NCBI GenBank assembly: GCA_030390025.1
Contig: CM059431.1
Coordinates: 113,400,001-113,464,000, forward strand
Direction of reading: 5' to 3'
DNA length: 64,000 nt
Source: Squalus acanthias
Lineage: Eukaryota
Positions 1 to 13,044 of the stretch are shown one piece after another; within the stretch, counting starts at the first letter, position 1, and every line of letters starts with the position of its first letter. Under the pieces are notes generated by a model, which worked only from the letters and a program-made list of their open reading frames with translations, did not search any database and was not told the origin of the DNA. A program made the position numbers and the translations under genes.

Positions 1-110
1 GCACGTGGGAGCGGGATGACAGAGGGTTCCTGACCCACTGTCAAAAATAGCAACTTTCCCACCCGACCCGCCATCGATCGCGCCCGCTACCACCCCGGAA
101 AATTCCGCCC
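1..110. mobile_element. Right end of a non-autonomous Harbinger element
   Basis: Closely matches 20920-21026 and ends in TIR AAAATTCCGCCC. Confidence 0.75.
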
Positions 111-204
111 TTTGTGTCAGTTTTTAGAAATGATGGTGAAAGTGAGAATATATGTACACTAGAGGATGTGGAGCTATCATACGAGATAATTGTGGAAAGG
201 CCTC

Positions 205-501
205 TAACGTTGGCCTCTTGCACACCCCCGATTTTCTTCGCTCCACCATTGGTGGCCGTGCCTTCAGCTGCCAAGGTCCTAAGCTCTGGAATTCCCTCTC
301 TAAACCTCTCCGCCTCGTTACCTCTCTTTCCTACTTTAAGACGCTTCTTAAAACCTACACCTTTGACCAAGCTTTTGGTCATCTGCCCTAATTTCTCCTT
401 ATGTGGCTCGGTGTCAAATTTTGTTTTATAATACTCCCGTAAAGCGCCTTGGGACGTTTTACTACATTAAAGGCACTATATAAATACAAGTTGTTGTTGT
501 T
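205..501 (+). mobile_element. L2-clade LINE 3' fragment
   Basis: IGGRAFSCQGPKLWNSL...FKTLLKTY C-terminus and tail AAAGGCACTATATAAATACAAG(TTG)n. Confidence 0.8.
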
Positions 502-601
502 TCTGAAAAAGCTAACAGAACTCAAAGTGGGTCAGTCACATCCTGATGGCATCAACCCTCGGTGTTGAAGGAAATCAGAGAGGAAATAGCAGAAGCTATT
601 A

Positions 602-1062
602 TCATAGGAACATAGGAGCACAGGAACAGGAGGAGGCCATTCAGACCCTCGAGCCTGTTCCGCCATTCAATGAGATCATGGCTGATCTGCGACCTAACTC
701 CATATACCCGCCTTTGGCCCCTATCTCTTAATACCTTTGGTTAACAAAAAGTTATCAATCTCAGATTTAAAATTAACAATTGATCTAGCATCAATTACCA
801 TTTGTGGAAGAGAGTTCCAAACTTCTACCACCCTTTGTGTGTCGAAGTGTTTCCTAATTTCACTCCTGAAAGGTCTGGCTCTAATTTTTAGACTATGCCC
901 CCTAGTCCTAGATTCCCCAACCAGTGGAAATAGTTTCTCTCTATCTGCCCTATCAGTTCCCCTTAATATCTCGAAAACTTCGATTAGATCACCCCTTAAC
1001 CTTCTAAATTCTAGGGAATGCAATCCTAATTTGTGTAATCTCTCCTCGTAACTTAACCCTTG
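602..1062 (-). mobile_element. CR1 LINE 3' fragment
   Basis: SYEERLHKLGLHSLEFRRLRGDLIEVF...RVVEVWNSLP plus short-repeat tail. Confidence 0.9.
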
Positions 1063-1339
1063 ATCAGAATTTTCCAATCCTTCTTAGCTATGAAAATTGT
1101 GCTGACACAGTTCACCTGCATTTTCTTTTTACAAATACTGATGAACCTGCAGTGTATTTCCAGAATTTTGCATTTTTGGTTCTTAAACTAATAATGATTG
1201 TTCATTACTCATCATGTTACCAGTCTTAACATTTCGTTACATTTTGGTTACGTTTCGGTAGCAGGATGCAGTGGTGGAGAGTAAAATGAAAAATGGAGTA
1301 TTCATTATTGGCTGAATATTTTCAGTGAAGAAAGAAGGT

Positions 1340-3069
1340 TCAGGTTTAAGGCAAAAAATAACTAATTTATTTTGTATGAAACATTCACATTTGTACTGCG
1401 ATAAAGGCATTAGAAAGAAAACACAATGTTTTACAATAAAATAACTGAAATGATTATGAGAAATATACAGAAGAGAATAATAAGCATAACTCATCACTTT
1501 GAAAATTAAAACATTGTCACATTCTTGGACATGGAGCAATCATTTGTTTCAATACATTTCTGGGATATAACAGATTTTTTTTATATATATATAACAGAAA
1601 TAGTTGCTGGAATACACAAGCTGTGGCCAGGGCAATTTATATTCAGAAATACACTGTAGCTAAATTAATTGAAAAATGTAGGTGTCATATAAACAATATG
1701 TACAAGAAATTTGGAAATGACTTAGTTTTCATCAATGATATAATAACACTATGAATCAAACTGTGTGCCAATTAAATGTTAAATAATTGTGTATTTCGAA
1801 ATGATTTTTAAAAAATATACATTTACTATTTTAACAAAATAATACTGCAAAACCTTGTAGCTAAATGCACCTTTTTTAAACAAACATGAAAGTTGTAATT
1901 TAATTTGCTGACAATCTGGCCTGCTCAATGGAAATGAAGCCTTAAGAGCTTCTAGTTAGAGGCTCGGTGATGAAAGAACGGTCACAATGGTTGTAAATAC
2001 GAGCATAATATGGTAACTCTTGGTATATGGTAGTGATGAAAGGCAGCACGGGGGCAAATTTCCTCTTTGCTATTCGTAGTGAAATCATAAACACATTTGT
2101 TATACTCGCATTCACAGTTTCTCTGCAAATAGAAAAACAGAGGAAATTTCTATCCTGCCCCAAGTAGTTCTTCACTAAGTGAGCATGGGCAAGCAGGAGA
2201 GAGTTGGCAGAGTTCATCCAGGATCAGCAATTCAAGCTATATCTGCTTGAGTAGTACATCGAAACCTTCATTACAGAATGCTGCCATGGATTAAAGTGTA
2301 TTCATTATGGGTGCGCAACCATATGTGAATATTCACAGCCCAGTTGTACTTTTTTGTTGAATAATGTGATTTAAATGTTATTGCTTATTCAAATGCCTGC
2401 TGTGTGTCTACTAATATCACATGCCTCTACAATGTTGAAGTAACACCCACGTTGGTGTAATAAAATTCTCTTTATCATGTACGCCAGCTATATGAGTAAG
2501 ATGTAAATAAAGTGAAAGGGGCAATGGGTCCGGCCCAAAATCCATTTTATGAATAAAATATTGTTCACAAAAGTTTGAGAAAATTGTTTTCTAGACAATA
2601 TGACCTATTTAGCTTACTGAAACCCATTTCCTAGCTTGTAATGCATGCTAATTGAAACCTAGTCATCTTATCTTGTAGCTCAGGCTCATTAATCTGTAAT
2701 GTATTTTGCAACAGATTAGTTTAGGAGTCGGGGATGTTCTGGTGACCTAAAAGTGCAGAGTCAGACCATTCAAGTGCCTTAACAATGGTTTCCCCTGTCA
2801 GTTGGTCTGTCCTCATTTTCTTCCTAATTTATTTACTTTTTAGGCTGCAGTGAATGCTTAAAGACCGTGTGAGCTTTTCCAGATAGCGTTTCCTTAAATG
2901 ATGTATGCATATGGAATACACTGCAGTATCTGCCCTTTCTTTGGGAGAGGACTATGATTTGCAATTTGGACTTTTGTCTTTGCTTATGGTAGGGTTAACA
3001 TTTTTTGTACAGTTTTAGGCAGCGTCGGCATTCTTCCTTGAGATGGATGTGTGGAATACGGCCTCTGTT
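1340..3069 (-). other. EDNRB: Probable EDNRB 3' UTR, AU-rich, with candidate poly(A) signals
   Basis: Repeat-poor AT-rich stretch after the stop. AATAAA on the minus strand at 2833-2828 and 1371-1366; the latter is followed by a U-rich tract. True end unknown. Confidence 0.5.
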
Positions 3070-3222
3070 TTATGATGAACTATATTTATTACTGGAACGT
3101 GAATTGCTGTGGACCAGTCCATGATCGATGCCATTTGACTTCCACTTGATGCAGGACTGCTTCTCATCCAGGGGCAACACGTGCATCATAGTCTTCCTCT
3201 GGAACCAGCAGCAAAGGCAGGA
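3070..3222 (-). CDS. EDNRB: EDNRB coding exon 7 (C-terminal tail, stop TAA at 3072-3070); absent from the ORF track
   Basis: [56 protein letters not shown]; ends in the ETB-type RSSNKYSSS. Confidence 0.96.
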   Translation of the reverse strand, partial: SCLCCWFQRKTMMHVLPLDEKQSCIKWKSNGIDHGLVHSNSRSSNKYSSS

Positions 3223-6204
3223 CTGTATATAACAAAGAAAATTTTATAATTCCCATCATACTAAATCGGCGAGAAAACCTAGAGAACAGCTTAGTGAACA
3301 GTCAGTTGACTAGTCTTCCTCATGAATGGAAAAGATCCATAACCTATGAGCAATTTCATTTACAATCCACTTTGACACAATTAGAGCAATGACACAAATT
3401 CACTACATGGGGTGATTTTCTTGTTTCTTTTCAGTTATCTTATATTTTCCTCTCTTCCTGTTTTTTGGGTCTGCCCAGGTCATAGGCCACACCTGGGATT
3501 GAGAGGGAAGGCAGGAAACCAGCAATGTGGCTTTTTCCAATATCACTCTCTGATATGTAAATATGAGAGTTTGCCAGAGAGACTCGCCCTCTTATTTCCG
3601 GTTGCAATTTATTGGGAAGGCCCAGCATTACACTCTGTGTCACTTTCCTCCCCCCCCCCCTCCCCCCCCCCCACACTAACTAAAAATTAACCCACTATGT
3701 ATGTGCATCAATTTATGTGACCAGATTGACTATGAGATATTTTGTTTTATGGGTGACAATAATTGTTGCAAACTCAGGACAGCAATTACACCTAGAATAC
3801 TGCAAATGGCTGTCAACAATCAATGGCAAATCACATAAGGTAGAATGATAAAGCACAGAAGGAGGCCATTCGGCCCATCATGGCTGTGCCGGCTCTTTGA
3901 AAGAGCTATCCAATTCGTTACCCTCCCCGATCTTTCCCCAATAGCCCTGCAAAGATAAGTATATTCCCATTGATCGAGAACCAAATAGGATTCATTCCCA
4001 TAGTGCAAACACTAGACTGCTTGTTTAAGTAACATCTCAATGTTATAATTCTATTGAAACCCCCAGACAGACTATTGACACAACTGGTTAACATGTAATT
4101 AAATGACTATTGGATTAGATGCAGAAACACCTATTTAAGTATCAATAACTTTAACCGTATACTATTCTTAATACTAACTGTAATTAATGCCAATAAAATC
4201 ACTTACTGTTGTGGTTAAGTTACTATAATTATGACACAATTTGCATGGTTTTTAGAGATGCATTTTATTCTCACTTTTTTTTTGCAGGAAAAAGTTACAA
4301 ATCAGTTTCAGCCATAATATTGGAATATGATTCGTGCAGGTTAAATAATTTAGTAGGGTCCCCAGGTATTTCACCACCAATGTTCCAGAGAGTATAGACT
4401 ACTTGCGATATGTAACTAGTAATTTGAATGCAACGTTAAGCATGTTTTAAACTGAGAATGATTTCAAGTATATTGAACTCTGAAGACTCAGATTTGACCT
4501 TTCAAACAAATGCAAATTTGTAGAGCATATAAAATCTGCTGTGGATATAACCGGAACATCGAGGGTGCAACAGTTTAAAAAGAATATCAGTATTTATACA
4601 AAAGACCAAATGATGGTTGCCTGTGAGTAGGTGACTGCTTCACATAAGGAGAAAAAAAGGCTGATACACTGTCAAGTTTTAGTATACCATGATGGCCTTC
4701 ACAAATGTTAGCAGGCTATTCATCCATTTTATGGGGGGGGGGGGTGCATTTCGACCAAGTTCAGTGCTGTCCTCACCACCACCCACGCACATGGACCTTC
4801 CAGGAGCCATCACTGGATAGTAAGAAGGAGGGGGCCCCATGGTAGCACTAGTGCCCCTGCCTGGCTGAGGTCAGATCGCTCATTATAAACTGGGAATCTA
4901 AGCTGGGACTTTCCTGTTCTCTATACCTCAGTACCGCACCATGTAGTGCATTGAAATCAAACATTATATACAGTTTTTGAGTGTGTTTTCCTGCAAGACT
5001 TTAAGATTTAAAATGTTGTCTTATAATATTACTGTTTGTTTTTAGGCTGCACCAAGTACTTCATTGATGCTGGGCGATGAGGAGTGATCTGTAAATAAGT
5101 GCTTGCTCACTACAAGCTGAAGTGTGACCTTATAAACATGATATCTAGTGAAGCAGGGTCAGACAGAACACCTTTGTTACTGGCATAACTCCTGTCATCC
5201 CTCTAGTCAGCTAACTGAAGAATAATCACTGTCAGACCACGTGACTTAGATTATAATCCCTGAATCGGGTTTATTAGAAGTAAAAATAAAATAAACAGTA
5301 GCAATGAGTTATAACAACATGTTTCATTAGCTTACAACAGAATTCCTGGTGGTAAAACAATAAAAGATGCAATGCTTTGCTAACCCTCCTAATAACACGG
5401 AACTTGGTCCAACATCGGTAGCACGAGGTTGAGCCATCATTTGTTCAATTCCACATCGATAGAACAAGCACTAGCCAAAGAGTGTACAGTATATTTTTCT
5501 GCCTGGGCATGGAGCTGTCAATAAACCCCTTCTTCCCTCACCATCCCCCACAGAACCCTCTTTGGGACATCCTCTACCACAAGAGCCAAATTACTGAGGT
5601 TTTGCAGGCATTCGAAATCGTCATTCATTGCTCAAAAGATACAATGGGACTTTTTTTTTGCAGAATAAACACAGGTCTGATAGCTCAACCATTAGAAATT
5701 ACAGTAGCATCCAGACTTGTAAAGTCCCACCACAGCCATAGAATGATTGGATAAACAATCAGTACAGTTGAGATTATTGCTTGCCAGTCCTAATAAAGGG
5801 CAAATTCCCTGTTGCATTTCCAGCCACACATGAATGGATCTCTTTCCAAGACAGAGAAACTAAGTCTGCAGTAATCAATTTAAAGTAGTATCCTTAAAAA
5901 CCTTATTATCAAACAGGACAGACTGAGGAAAATTTTAGTGTCTCGTACAAAAATGGGTGTAGACTGATTGTACTTGACCATCAAACCAGGCAGCAATCAG
6001 GAACGTTGTATTGTCGCTTAATTTCAGCCCTGTGCCAATTTCCAGCCAGGCCTGGGGTGGGTCTTGGAAGCTTTATTAGGATAGTCAAAAGGGGACAGGA
6101 AAAGATGCTGTTCCATTTTGCATGTGATGGGCAGACAGGATGCCATGTACTCCAGGAAGCTCCCCAGGCTTCCATGCTTTGGCAGCAATAATGTTAGTTA
6201 CGTT

Positions 6205-6616
6205 AATTAGTTATGCCTTGATTTTTAAATTCTCATCTTTGTGTTCAAATCCCTCCATGGCCTCGCCCCTCCCTATCTCTGTAGCTTCCTCCAGCCCTAC
6301 AATCCTCCAAGACGTCTGAGCTCGTCCAATTCTGGCCTCTTGCGCATCCCTGATTTCCAACCCCCTCACCATTTGGCGGCCGTGCCTTCAGCTACCTAGG
6401 CCGTAAGCTCTGGAATTTCCTCCCTAAACCTCTGTACCTCTCTCTCCTTCTTTAAGCCGCTCCATAAAACCTACTATTTGATTAGGCTTTTGGCCACCTG
6501 TCCTAATGTTGCTTTATGTGGCTCGGTGTCACATGTTGTCTGATAATGCTCCTGTGAAGCAGCTTGGGATGTTTTTACTATGTTAAAGGCGCTATATAAA
6601 TGTAATTTTTTGTTGG
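6205..6616 (+). mobile_element. L2-clade LINE 3' fragment
   Basis: Same family and tail as 205-501 and 13045-13532. Confidence 0.8.
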
Positions 6617-6890
6617 TGGAGGTTCCGCTTCCCAAAGGAAGCTGTCCAGCAGAGCCCCAGTGGCTTCACTGCAATCTTTGAATGGCTGACCCCAACCATT
6701 ATGCTGGATGGTTCTTTAGAAGTACCAAAACACAGCATGTCATACTTTATATGGTGCTGCATGAAAGGCATACCAGGGTAACTAAGAGTGAGTGTCGCCT
6801 GTTCGGCTGCAGCCAACGAGATGCCACTAACCATTTGTGTAGGCCCTGGCATACTTACCTGCCAATGACCACAGTGTTATGGCTTGTAGT

Positions 6891-9826
6891 GTCAACCGTG
6901 GCTCAGTTGGTAGCGTCCTTGCCGCTGATTCAGAAGGTTATAGGGCAGCAATAGTAGGGGATTTCAACTACCCCAATATTAGCTGGAATAAAACTAGTGT
7001 GAAGGGTATAGAAGGTGCGGAATTCCTAAAATGCATCCAGGAGAACTTTTTTAGCCAGTATGTAGCAAGCCCAACAAGGGAGGGGGTGATTCTGGACTTA
7101 GTTTTAGGGAATGAAGCTGGGCAGGGAGAAGGCGTATCAGTGGGGGAGCATTTTGGTGCTAGTGACCATAATTCTGATGGATTTAAGGTAGTTATGGAAA
7201 AGGACAAGGATAGACCAGGACTAAAAATTCTATATTGGGAAAAAGCAAATTTTGCTAAGCTCAGAGGGAATTTAGCCATTGTGGACTAGAAACAGCTACT
7301 TGAAGGTAAATCAGTGTCAGAGCAGTGGGAGGCATTCAAGGAGGAGATCCGGAGGGTTCAGACCAAACATGTGCCCTTAAAAAAAAAGGTGGGACTAACA
7401 AATCTAGAGCCCCCTGGATGTCTAGAGACATACAGGGTAGGATAAAGAAAAAAAGGGAGGCGTATGACAGATACCGAGGGCTAAATATTCCAGAATCTTT
7501 AGAGGAGTACAGAAAGTGCAGGGGTGCAATTAAAAAGGATATTAGGAAAGCAAAGAGAGAGAATGAAAAATTCTTGGCAAGTAAAATCAAGGAAAACCCA
7601 AAGATGTTTTATAAATATATTAAGAGTAAGAGGATAACTAAAGAAAGGGTAGGGCCTATTATAGATGAGGGTAATCTGTGTGTGGAGGCGGGAGACATTG
7701 GTAGGGTTCTTAATGAATACTTTACGTCTGTTTTCACAAAGGAGAGGGGTGAAGCAGACATTGCTATCGGGGGGGAGGAGTGTGAAATATTAGATGAAAT
7801 AAACATAGTGAGAGAGGAAGCATTAAGGGGTTTAGCAGCTTTAAAAGTGGATAAATCTCCAGGCCCGGATGAAATGTATCCCAGGCTGTTAAGCGAAGCA
7901 AAAGAGGAAATAGCAGAGGCCCTGACCATCATTTTTCAATCCTCTCTGGCTTCAGGTGTGGTGCCGGAGGACTGGAGGACTGCTAATGTGGTACCCTTGT
8001 TTAAAAAGGGAGAAAAGGATAGACTGAGTAATTACAGACCAGTCAGCCTAACCTCGGTGGTGGGAAAATTATTGGAAAGAATTCTGAAGGACAGGATAAA
8101 TCTTCATTTAGAAAGACACAGATTAATCAAGGATAGTCAGCATGGATTTGTTAAGGGAAGGTCGTGTCTGACAAACTTGATTGAATTTTTTGAGGAGGTA
8201 ACAAGGAGGGTAGATGAGGGTAGTGCGTTTGATGTAGTGTACATCGACTTTAGCAAGGCTTTTGATAAGGTTCCACATGGCAGACTGGTCACAAAGTTAA
8301 AAGCCCATGGGATCCAGGGCAAAGTGTCAAGTTGGATTCAAAACTGGCTCGGAGACAGGAAGCAGAGGGTAATGGTTGATGGGTATTTTTGTGACTGGAA
8401 GGCTGTTTCCAGTGGGGTTCCGCAGGGCTCAGTACTAGGTCCCTTGCTTTTTGAGGTATATATCAACGATCTTGACTTGAATATAGGGGGTATGATTAAG
8501 AAGTTTGCAGATGATACTAAAATCGGCTGTGTGGTTGATACTGAAGAAGGAAGCTGTAGACTGCAGGAAGATATCAATAAATTGGTCAGGTGGGCAGAAC
8601 AGTGGCAAATGGAATTCAATCCGGAGAAGTGTGAGGTAATGCATTTGGGGAGGGCTAACAAGGCAAGGGAATACACATTAAATGGTAAGACATTGAGTAG
8701 TGTAGAGGAACAAAGTGACCTTGGAGTGCATGTCCACAGATCCCTGAAGGTAGCAGGCCAAGTAGATAAGGTGGTTAAGAAGGCATATGGAATGCTTGCC
8801 TTTATTAGTCGTGGCATAGAATACAAGAGCAGGGGGGGTTATGCTTCAACTGTATAAAACACTAGTTAGGTCTCAGCTAGAGTACTGCGTGCAGTTCTGG
8901 TCACCACATTACAGGAAATATGTGATTGCACTAGAGAGGGTACAGAGGAGATTTACAAGGATGTTGCCGGGAGTAGAGAATCTTAGCTATGAGGAAAGAC
9001 TGGATAGGCTGGGTCTGTTTTCCTTGGAACAGAGGAGGCTGAGGGGAGACCTTATTGAGGTGTATAAAATTATGAGGGGCATAGATAAAGTGGATAGAAA
9101 GGACCTATTTCCCTTAGCAGAGGGGTCAAAAACCAGGGGGCACAGATTTAAAGTAATTGGTGGAAGGTTTAGAGGGGATTTGAGGGGAAATTTCTTCACC
9201 CAGAGGGTTGTGGGGGTCTGGAACTCACTGCCTGAAAGGGTGGTAGAGGCAGGAACCCTAACCACATTTAAAAAGTACTTGGATGTGCACTTGGGATGCT
9301 CTAACCTGCAGGGCTACGGACCAAGAGCTGGGAAGTGGGATTAGGCTGGATAGCTCTTTGTTGGCCGGCGCGGACACGATGGGCCGAAATGGCCTCCTTC
9401 CGTGCTGTAACTTCCTATGATTCTATGAGGTTGTGGGTTCTAAGTCCCACTCCAGAGACTTGAGCGCAAAAATCTAGGCTGACACTCCAGTGCAGTACTG
9501 AGTGAGTGCTGCACTGTCGGAGGTGCCGTCTTTCGGATGAGACATTAAATCTGCTCTCTCAGGTGGACGTAAAAGATCCCATGGCATTATTTCAAAGAAG
9601 AGCTGGGGAGTTATCCCCGGTGTCCTGGCCAATATTTATCCCTCCATCAACACTACTGACACAGATTATCTGGTCATTATCACATTGCTGTTTGTGGGAG
9701 CCTGCTGTGCGCAAATTGGCTGCTGCGTTTCCAACATTACAACAGTGACTACACTTCAAAAGTACTTCATTGGTTGTAAAGCGCTTTGGGACGTCTGGTG
9801 GTCATGAATGGCGCTTTCTTCTTTCT
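6891..9826 (+). mobile_element. tRNA-derived DeuSINE (SacSINE1-like), split by a CR1 insertion (pieces 6891-6939 and 9428-9826)
   Basis: A box TGGCTCAGTTGG at 6899. Sequence resumes AGGTTGTGGGTTC after the CR1 tail. Body matches the uninterrupted copies at 35034 and 59929. Confidence 0.85.
6940..9427 (+). mobile_element. 5'-truncated CR1 LINE, ORF2 (end of endonuclease plus reverse transcriptase), disabled
   Basis: GDFNYP, SDHN, KSPGPD, NYRPVSLTS, QHGF, DFSKAFD, GVPQGS and FADD motifs. Stop at 7287, frameshifts in homopolymers near 7380 and 8835, (CTATGATT)n tail, AGGTT duplicated at the junctions. Confidence 0.95.
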
Positions 9827-10774
9827 CAAGGCTCTAAGTCAGGAGACATGTAGATGCTGACCCATGCCATTTGCTGTAAGCACACCTGCAGCTAAAATAC
9901 AGCAGAGCTAGCACATGTAGGGACAGTAACAGTCAGCTGTGGTCTAAAACTTGGCTGCGCCTCCTTGCAGTCATGCTGTAATCCTGGCCTCTGAGCATGG
10001 TACCATGAAGCAGCACAGAGGGACAACTTCCTCCCAAGCATTCAGCCACCACCTCACTTTCAAGAGACATCAAACAGAGGGCTGTTCTTGTTGTTTATCT
10101 GCAGACTTATGTCTGTACTTAGGATTCCCTTTCCCTTCATTTCCCTGCCGCGCCTTAATTGCCTGCCCTCACAGCCTTGACAAAGGCTGATGATGGGTTG
10201 CAATGCTTTAAATGGCTCTCCGAAAGCTTGCTGAATTTATGTCCCCACCCCCCCGGCCATTGTGACACTGCCCTTTAATTGTCCTGTCACTTTAAATATC
10301 ACTTATACAATGTTCCTCTCTCGCCATTCTTGTCAGTCCTAGACTTGTATGAAACTGTGCCTGGTGCTGTGAATAATTATGCAAATGAGCTTAGCCCAGA
10401 GAATTGAATGCTATTTGCACTTGCTCTTTCAGGTGGGATTTGCACCAGCTCTGCCCCGAGATTTGAAGAAGGAAATTGGCCCATTTATGGATTTGTCACA
10501 AATAATATAAAAAGTACAAACGCCCTTAAGGGATTTATAATTTATTCTGTAGAATTATTAATTTTAAAATATACGGTTCGTTAGAAAGTACGATTAATAG
10601 GCTCACAAACATGATTTTGATTAGCTAATTGTCAGATAAACCTTAAATTGATTAATATTTTAAGATCTATCATTAAGTTTAAACTTTAGTCATTGAGTTT
10701 CAACTTTAGCAACAGCTCTGAATCAAACAACAAGCGTTTTAGGATGCAGATCTTCAAAACAATTATGCTGCTAC

Positions 10775-10883
10775 CTGAAAGCAGTTCTTGAATCTCTTGC
10801 TGACAAAGTAGAGTGCAATTGGATTGATGCAGGAATTGAGGGAAGCCATATTGATGCCGATGTAATTCATCAACAGGAGAAAA
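10775..10883 (-). CDS. EDNRB: EDNRB coding exon 6 (109 nt, TM7-helix 8); absent from the ORF track
   Basis: Hand translation: CATCCAG|(S)[42 protein letters not shown]; contains NPxxY. Confidence 0.96.
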
Positions 10884-11221
10884 CTGGATGACAAAACAGA
10901 AACATTAGAAATGGTTATTTAGAGAGTTGAAATATTTTATTATGCATGCAAGTACGTATTAAACATTTCAGGTGCTAATCAAAACATGTTTCAGGTGCTA
11001 ATCAACCGTGTATCAGTGAACCTCGTCCTCCTACTCATTATTCATGTGTGTGCCTAAATGGTCGGTGTTGGCAGGCAATGGGTGACATCCCAGTGAGGCC
11101 ATATGTGTTTTATGTGAATATACAGGAAACACCTCTTGTATTCAGCCCACCAACAATGATTCACTTACTATAGTATACATATTTTAATGTTTCAATTGTA
11201 ACTCGTATGTATGTCTGAAAT

Positions 11222-11620
11222 AAAGAATGAATTTGCATTTGGAGAGCATCTTATCATGTTCTCAGGACATCCCAAAATGCTTTACAGCCAATGAATTACT
11301 TTTCACATGCAGTCAGTTCGCAATGTGAAGGCCAATTTACTCATAGCAACCTCCCACAAACAGCAAATGAATGAATAATGAATGGCCATATAATTTGTTT
11401 TGATGGTGTTGGTTGAAATTGAAATGCTTGCCAAAACTCTGGGAAAATCCCTTGCTCCTCTTTGAATCGGGCCAAAGGATCTTTTACATCCACCTCAGCA
11501 GGCAGTTTAACATCTCATCCAAAAGATAGCACTTCAGGCAATGCAGCATTCCATCAGATCTGATGTACTGGAACGTCAGCCTATATTAATTGTTTAAATC
11601 CATAGTGAGATTTGAACCTA
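11222..11620 (-). mobile_element. Degenerate DeuSINE copy
   Basis: Diverged reverse match to the 35034-35506 SINE. Confidence 0.7.
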
Positions 11621-12204
11621 CATGTAAATACCAAACGTATATAACAAATGAATCATTAATTTGCTATGATCAATGATCCCCTTTCGGATGGTGGCGTTTC
11701 CTTCCTGGGTGTCGGGGGGAGGGGTGGGGAATGTCATTACTCTGGTTCAATTTGACTATGGGCATACCTCGGCTGCCCACCACAGTGGACTGAAGAACCA
11801 AAACATATGAGCAGACCTTTTGGGGATCCAGGCCATGACCCATGCCTCAACTACCAAAAGGCCCCACATCTACTGGCTGGGAGGCTGGTATGCCTCCTTT
11901 CACCCAGCGTATTGACCAACTGGTAGATTCCAGGCCGTAACCGATGGAACTCCCAGCTTCTGAGTCCCCTGCCCTTGGCCATGCCCTCACTGATGTAAGG
12001 GACCATATTTGGGCTGGATAGAGTTTTTTTTCCTTAAAGAGCCTTTCTCTCACCCTTCCAGAAACTGGTTGTGGAGGTTGCAAACCCGCATATGTGTGTG
12101 CATTCATATCTGGTCATGATGCGGAGATGCCAGTGTTGGACTGGGGTGGACAAAAATGAGAAGTTGCACAACACCAGGTTATAGTCCAACAGATTTATTT
12201 AAAA

Positions 12205-12242
12205 TTACAAGCTTTCGGAGCTGTCGCCCCTTCCTCAGGTAA
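12205..12242 (-). ncRNA. Minimal type-I hammerhead ribozyme motif (sense to EDNRB)
   Basis: UUAC-CUGAGGA-A-GGGGC GACA GCUCC-GAAA-GC-UU-GUAA. Confidence 0.75.
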
Positions 12243-12252
12243 AGGTGCACCT

Positions 12253-12290
12253 TTACCTGACGAAGGGGCGACAGCTCCGAAAGCTTGTAA
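12253..12290 (+). ncRNA. Minimal type-I hammerhead ribozyme motif
   Basis: UUAC-CUGACGA-A-GGGGC GACA GCUCC-GAAA-GC-UU-GUAA. Confidence 0.75.
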
Positions 12291-13044
12291 TTTTAAATAA
12301 ATCTGTTGGACTATAACCTGGTGTTGTGCGACTTCTCATTTTCATTCATATCTGGTATAAGCATAGTATAGTCTAGTGTCATTAAGTTGTAAGATATATC
12401 TGTTCTAATGTGATAGGTATTTCAACTGAATAGTTTTGTAGAAGGCAATTACTATTAAGTGACGGTAATAGTTACTAAACTATGATGCTTAGAATCAATG
12501 CGTTTGATTATTCTGTACACATCATAAAATGGATTTGTGCAATTAAACAAATATTTTTTACAAATCATGTCTAGATAAATTATTTCAGAATTTTGAAGTG
12601 TTCAATGCAAAGATTTTCTTTAGACATTTCAGTATAACACTATATTCTGTTTTTATTAATCATCACTGTATCTGTTATAATTCATATTTAATTTATACAG
12701 TCTTGGAATCTTTTCTTTCTCCCTGCAATTTTCTTTGTCCTCTTTTCCTCTCCAATCCTAAAAGTATCAACTCTTACTGGGATACAGCTCCAAGAGCATA
12801 GCCTTCCTTTGGTACCTCGTCCTCCTACTCACTGTTCATGTGTGTGCCTAAATGGTCGGTGTTGGCAGGCAATGGGTGACATCCCAGTGAGGCCAATCCT
12901 GTCCTCAACCAGCATATATATATATACTCATGCACGTTTCAGTAATAATCACTGGATAACAATCACATCAGGAGCCCTTGCTGATTCTTAAACCCCCTCA
13001 TAGCCAAGAGGCATGAGCCCATTTGTAGTGCCCTACTGTTACAC

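Larger units (their letters stand above)
12115..12342. mobile_element. Short Penelope-like fold-back insert with 14-bp TSD
   Basis: TSD CATTCATATCTGGT at 12101-12114 and 12343-12356; palindrome 12153-12342; homologous to the terminus of the GIY-YIG-bearing copy at 63306-63856. Confidence 0.88.

Noticed and set aside
3085..3090. AATAAA near the end of EDNRB
   Set aside because: Lies within the Asn-Lys codons of the coding sequence.
5192..5990. Possible second solo LTR
   Set aside because: Starts TGTCA with a minus-strand AATAAA nearby, but I could not find a matching CA end or TSD.
6879..7289. 136-aa ORF as a novel gene
   Set aside because: Chimera of a SINE head and a truncated CR1 endonuclease.
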